Source: Gemmatimonadota bacterium (GTDB lineage Bacteria; Gemmatimonadota; Gemmatimonadetes; Gemmatimonadales; GWC2-71-9). Taken from it: 64,000 nt of DNA. Positions 62,513 to 64,000 of this stretch are shown one piece after another. The stretch covers positions 37,126-101,125 of the forward strand of contig JBBIUN010000006.1 of the NCBI GenBank assembly GCA_037440225.1, in the 5' to 3' direction. The number at the start of each line of letters is the position of its first letter. Within the stretch, counting starts at the first letter, position 1. Under the pieces are notes generated by a model, which was not told the DNA's origin, did not search any database, and saw nothing but the letters and a program-made list of their open reading frames with translations. The translations under genes and the position numbers were made by a program.

Positions 62513-64000
62513 TCAGCGATAGCCGAACAGCATCGAGTACACGATCAGCACCGTCAGCGTCAACCCCACGCCGAGCGCCGCGTAGGCGACCATCCGGAAA
62601 ATGCGTTCCACCTGCCACGGGTACGGATCCACCAGATGCTCCTCCAGCCGTCCTTCCCGCATCAGCTCTTCGTACTCGCGCGGTTTGTCGCGCCGCAGTT
62701 CTGCCAGCGATACCTGGCCAGTGAAGATCACCGGATCCATGGGGAACTTGTCCGGCCGGAAATGGGTGTTGAAAAAGTGGACGGTGAAAATGAACCCGAC
62801 CGCCAGCAAGGCTTCGTCGCTGTGGAGGATGGTCGCCACGTTCACCGTCCAACCGGGAAGCACCAGGGTGAAGATCTCCGGAAACCAGAGCATCAGGCCG
62901 GTGGTCCCGATGATCAGCATGCCCCAGAACACCGCGAAGTAATCGAACTTCTCCCAGTACGTGTAGCGGCCGTATCGGGGCCGCGGTCCCCGGCCCAGGA
63001 ACCACCTGACCGACTGGAAGAACTCGCGCAGGTCCTGCCGGTTGAAGACCAGCGAATCCGAAGCGGTGAGGTAGGCCCGCCAGCTCTTGCCCGAGCGCCG
63101 CTTCTTGCGCCAGACGTCCACCAGGTGCACCAGGAACACCGTGATCAGCGTCAGCGCCGCCAAGCGGTGCAACACGCCCGTAGTGGAGAAGCCTCCCAAC
63201 CAGGCCGACAGGCGCTGGGCCCACCCCATGTAGGAGAATTTCAGCACCATGCCCGTGAGCGCCAGGGCAAAGAAGCTCAGCAACATGATCAGGTGCAGCC
63301 GGCGCTCGAACGGTGCGAAGCGCTGATAGCGCTTCTCGGTCGCGGGCGCGGGATCCCGGTGGGGCCGCAGCTCCGGCGTACGCCACAGGCGCCACAACCA
63401 AGCCACGGTGTGCCCGGTGGCGAAGGTGAGCGTGCCCACCAAGAGGCCGGTCATCCCCCAGAAGGCCCAGAACAGATACGGGTACCGCCTGGCGTCGTGG
63501 TGGGTAGCGTGGGTGAGGTAGCCCACGAAGCGCCGGTTCACCCCGGTGTGGCACTGGGAGCACGTGGCCTGGATATTGCGCCGGGACAAGGTGGACCGCG
63601 GATCGGCGGGCGGCAGGATGCTGTGCGTGCCGTGGCAGTCGTAGCACTTGGCCGCGCCGAGGTCGCCTAGCCGGGAGACCTTGCCGTGGAAGGTGTCGAA
63701 GAACGTGGTGGCTTCCACCTGATGGCAGCGGCCGCACTGGTCCATCATCCGCAGCCGGAAATTGGCCAAGTCGGTGCGGCTGATGGTGTGGGACGTATGG
63801 CAGTCCTTGCAGGTCGGCAGCGGTATGTCCCCTTTGGGCTTGCCGATCCCCGGCCAGTGGATCGAAGCCCGGAACTGCTCCTCGATCCCATGGTGGCAGC
63901 GGCCGCAGGTGGCAGCCACGTTGGCCGGATGGACCGTGGAGCGCGGATCCTCGGGCGGCAGCTCGCCGTGGGCGGTGTGGCAGTTGATACACGTCGCCGT
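62513..64000 (-). CDS. Multiheme cytochrome c fused to a membrane cytochrome b domain (CbcL-like quinone oxidoreductase), N-terminus outside window
   Basis: The reading frame is open to position 64000 (TATCINCHTAHGE...). At least 6 CxxCH motifs are visible: CINCH, CGRCH, CKDCH, CGRCH, CYDCH, CSQCH. Then come 5-6 TM helices with conserved His (RRLHLIMLL, GVLHRLAALTLITVFLVHL, ATILHSDEALLAVGFIFTVHF), as in FdnI/HydC-type b cytochromes. Confidence 0.8.
   Translation of the reverse strand, partial: TATCINCHTAHGELPPEDPRSTVHPANVAATCGRCHHGIEEQFRASIHWPGIGKPKGDIPLPTCKDCHTSHTISRTDLANFRLRMMDQCGRCHQVEATTFFDTFHGKVSRLGDLGAAKCYDCHGTHSILPPADPRSTLSRRNIQATCSQCHTGVNRRFVGYLTHATHHDARRYPYLFWAFWGMTGLLVGTLTFATGHTVAWLWRLWRTPELRPHRDPAPATEKRYQRFAPFERRLHLIMLLSFFALALTGMVLKFSYMGWAQRLSAWLGGFSTTGVLHRLAALTLITVFLVHLVDVWRKKRRSGKSWRAYLTASDSLVFNRQDLREFFQSVRWFLGRGPRPRYGRYTYWEKFDYFAVFWGMLIIGTTGLMLWFPEIFTLVLPGWTVNVATILHSDEALLAVGFIFTVHFFNTHFRPDKFPMDPVIFTGQVSLAELRRDKPREYEELMREGRLEEHLVDPYPWQVERIFRMVAYAALGVGLTLTVLIVYSMLFGYR

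Overview
This is visibly GC-rich, tightly packed bacterial chromosomal DNA. Third codon positions are almost all G/C, so many long ORFs in the track are antisense or alternate-frame shadows. I found no CRISPR array, transposase, integrase or prophage genes, and I cannot assign a taxon from the sequence alone.

Layout:
- 1-7.6 kb (minus strand): four tRNAs (Thr-Tyr-Gly-Thr), rpmG, secE, nusG, rplK, rplA, rplJ, rplL and the 5' end of rpoB, plus cysS and an MscS-type channel.
- 7.9-22.7 kb: a small secreted Cys-rich peptide with an ABC transporter; a PspA operon preceded by three tandem small paralogs; uvrA; a translationally coupled cutA-TPR-macro-transglutaminase operon; an ABC exporter; pirin.
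- 22.7-33.6 kb (electron-transfer locus A): 7-, 4-, 6- and 13-heme c-type cytochromes, two NHL beta-propeller lipoproteins, a 638-aa predicted outer-membrane barrel coupled to the hexaheme lipoprotein, and an OmpR-type two-component system.
- 33.8-41.7 kb: a ten-gene coupled operon. It encodes an EEP phosphatase, PepSY, HAD, a nucleotidyltransferase, an ATP-grasp protein, an aminotransferase, two CDP-alcohol phosphatidyltransferases, a Gfo/Idh/MocA oxidoreductase and a membrane hydrolase.
- 41.8-45.5 kb: System I cytochrome c maturation genes (ccmE-F-H plus a CcmI-like protein) with a Cys-type CcmE.
- 45.6-49.9 kb: glpK, a cytochrome c'-like protein, pdxH and mtnA.
- 50.1-54.2 kb (locus B): a Cyc2-like fused monoheme cytochrome-porin, an octaheme cytochrome, and NrfC-like and NrfD-like proteins.
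- 54.2-64.0 kb (locus C): one minus-strand gene string. It encodes a multiheme-c/cytochrome-b fusion (CbcL-like, truncated by the window end), a second barrel, 9-, 5- and 5-heme cytochromes, a DOMON membrane protein, Rieske/cytochrome b/tetraheme c, and two small cytochromes.

By hand count, 14 predicted c-type cytochromes carry at least 71 CxxCH motifs.

Main hypothesis (inference): the right 40 kb is a composite extracellular/periplasmic electron-transfer island. It holds three different outer-membrane conduit designs wired to three different quinone-level modules. Several of these gene combinations are ones I do not recognise as described systems.
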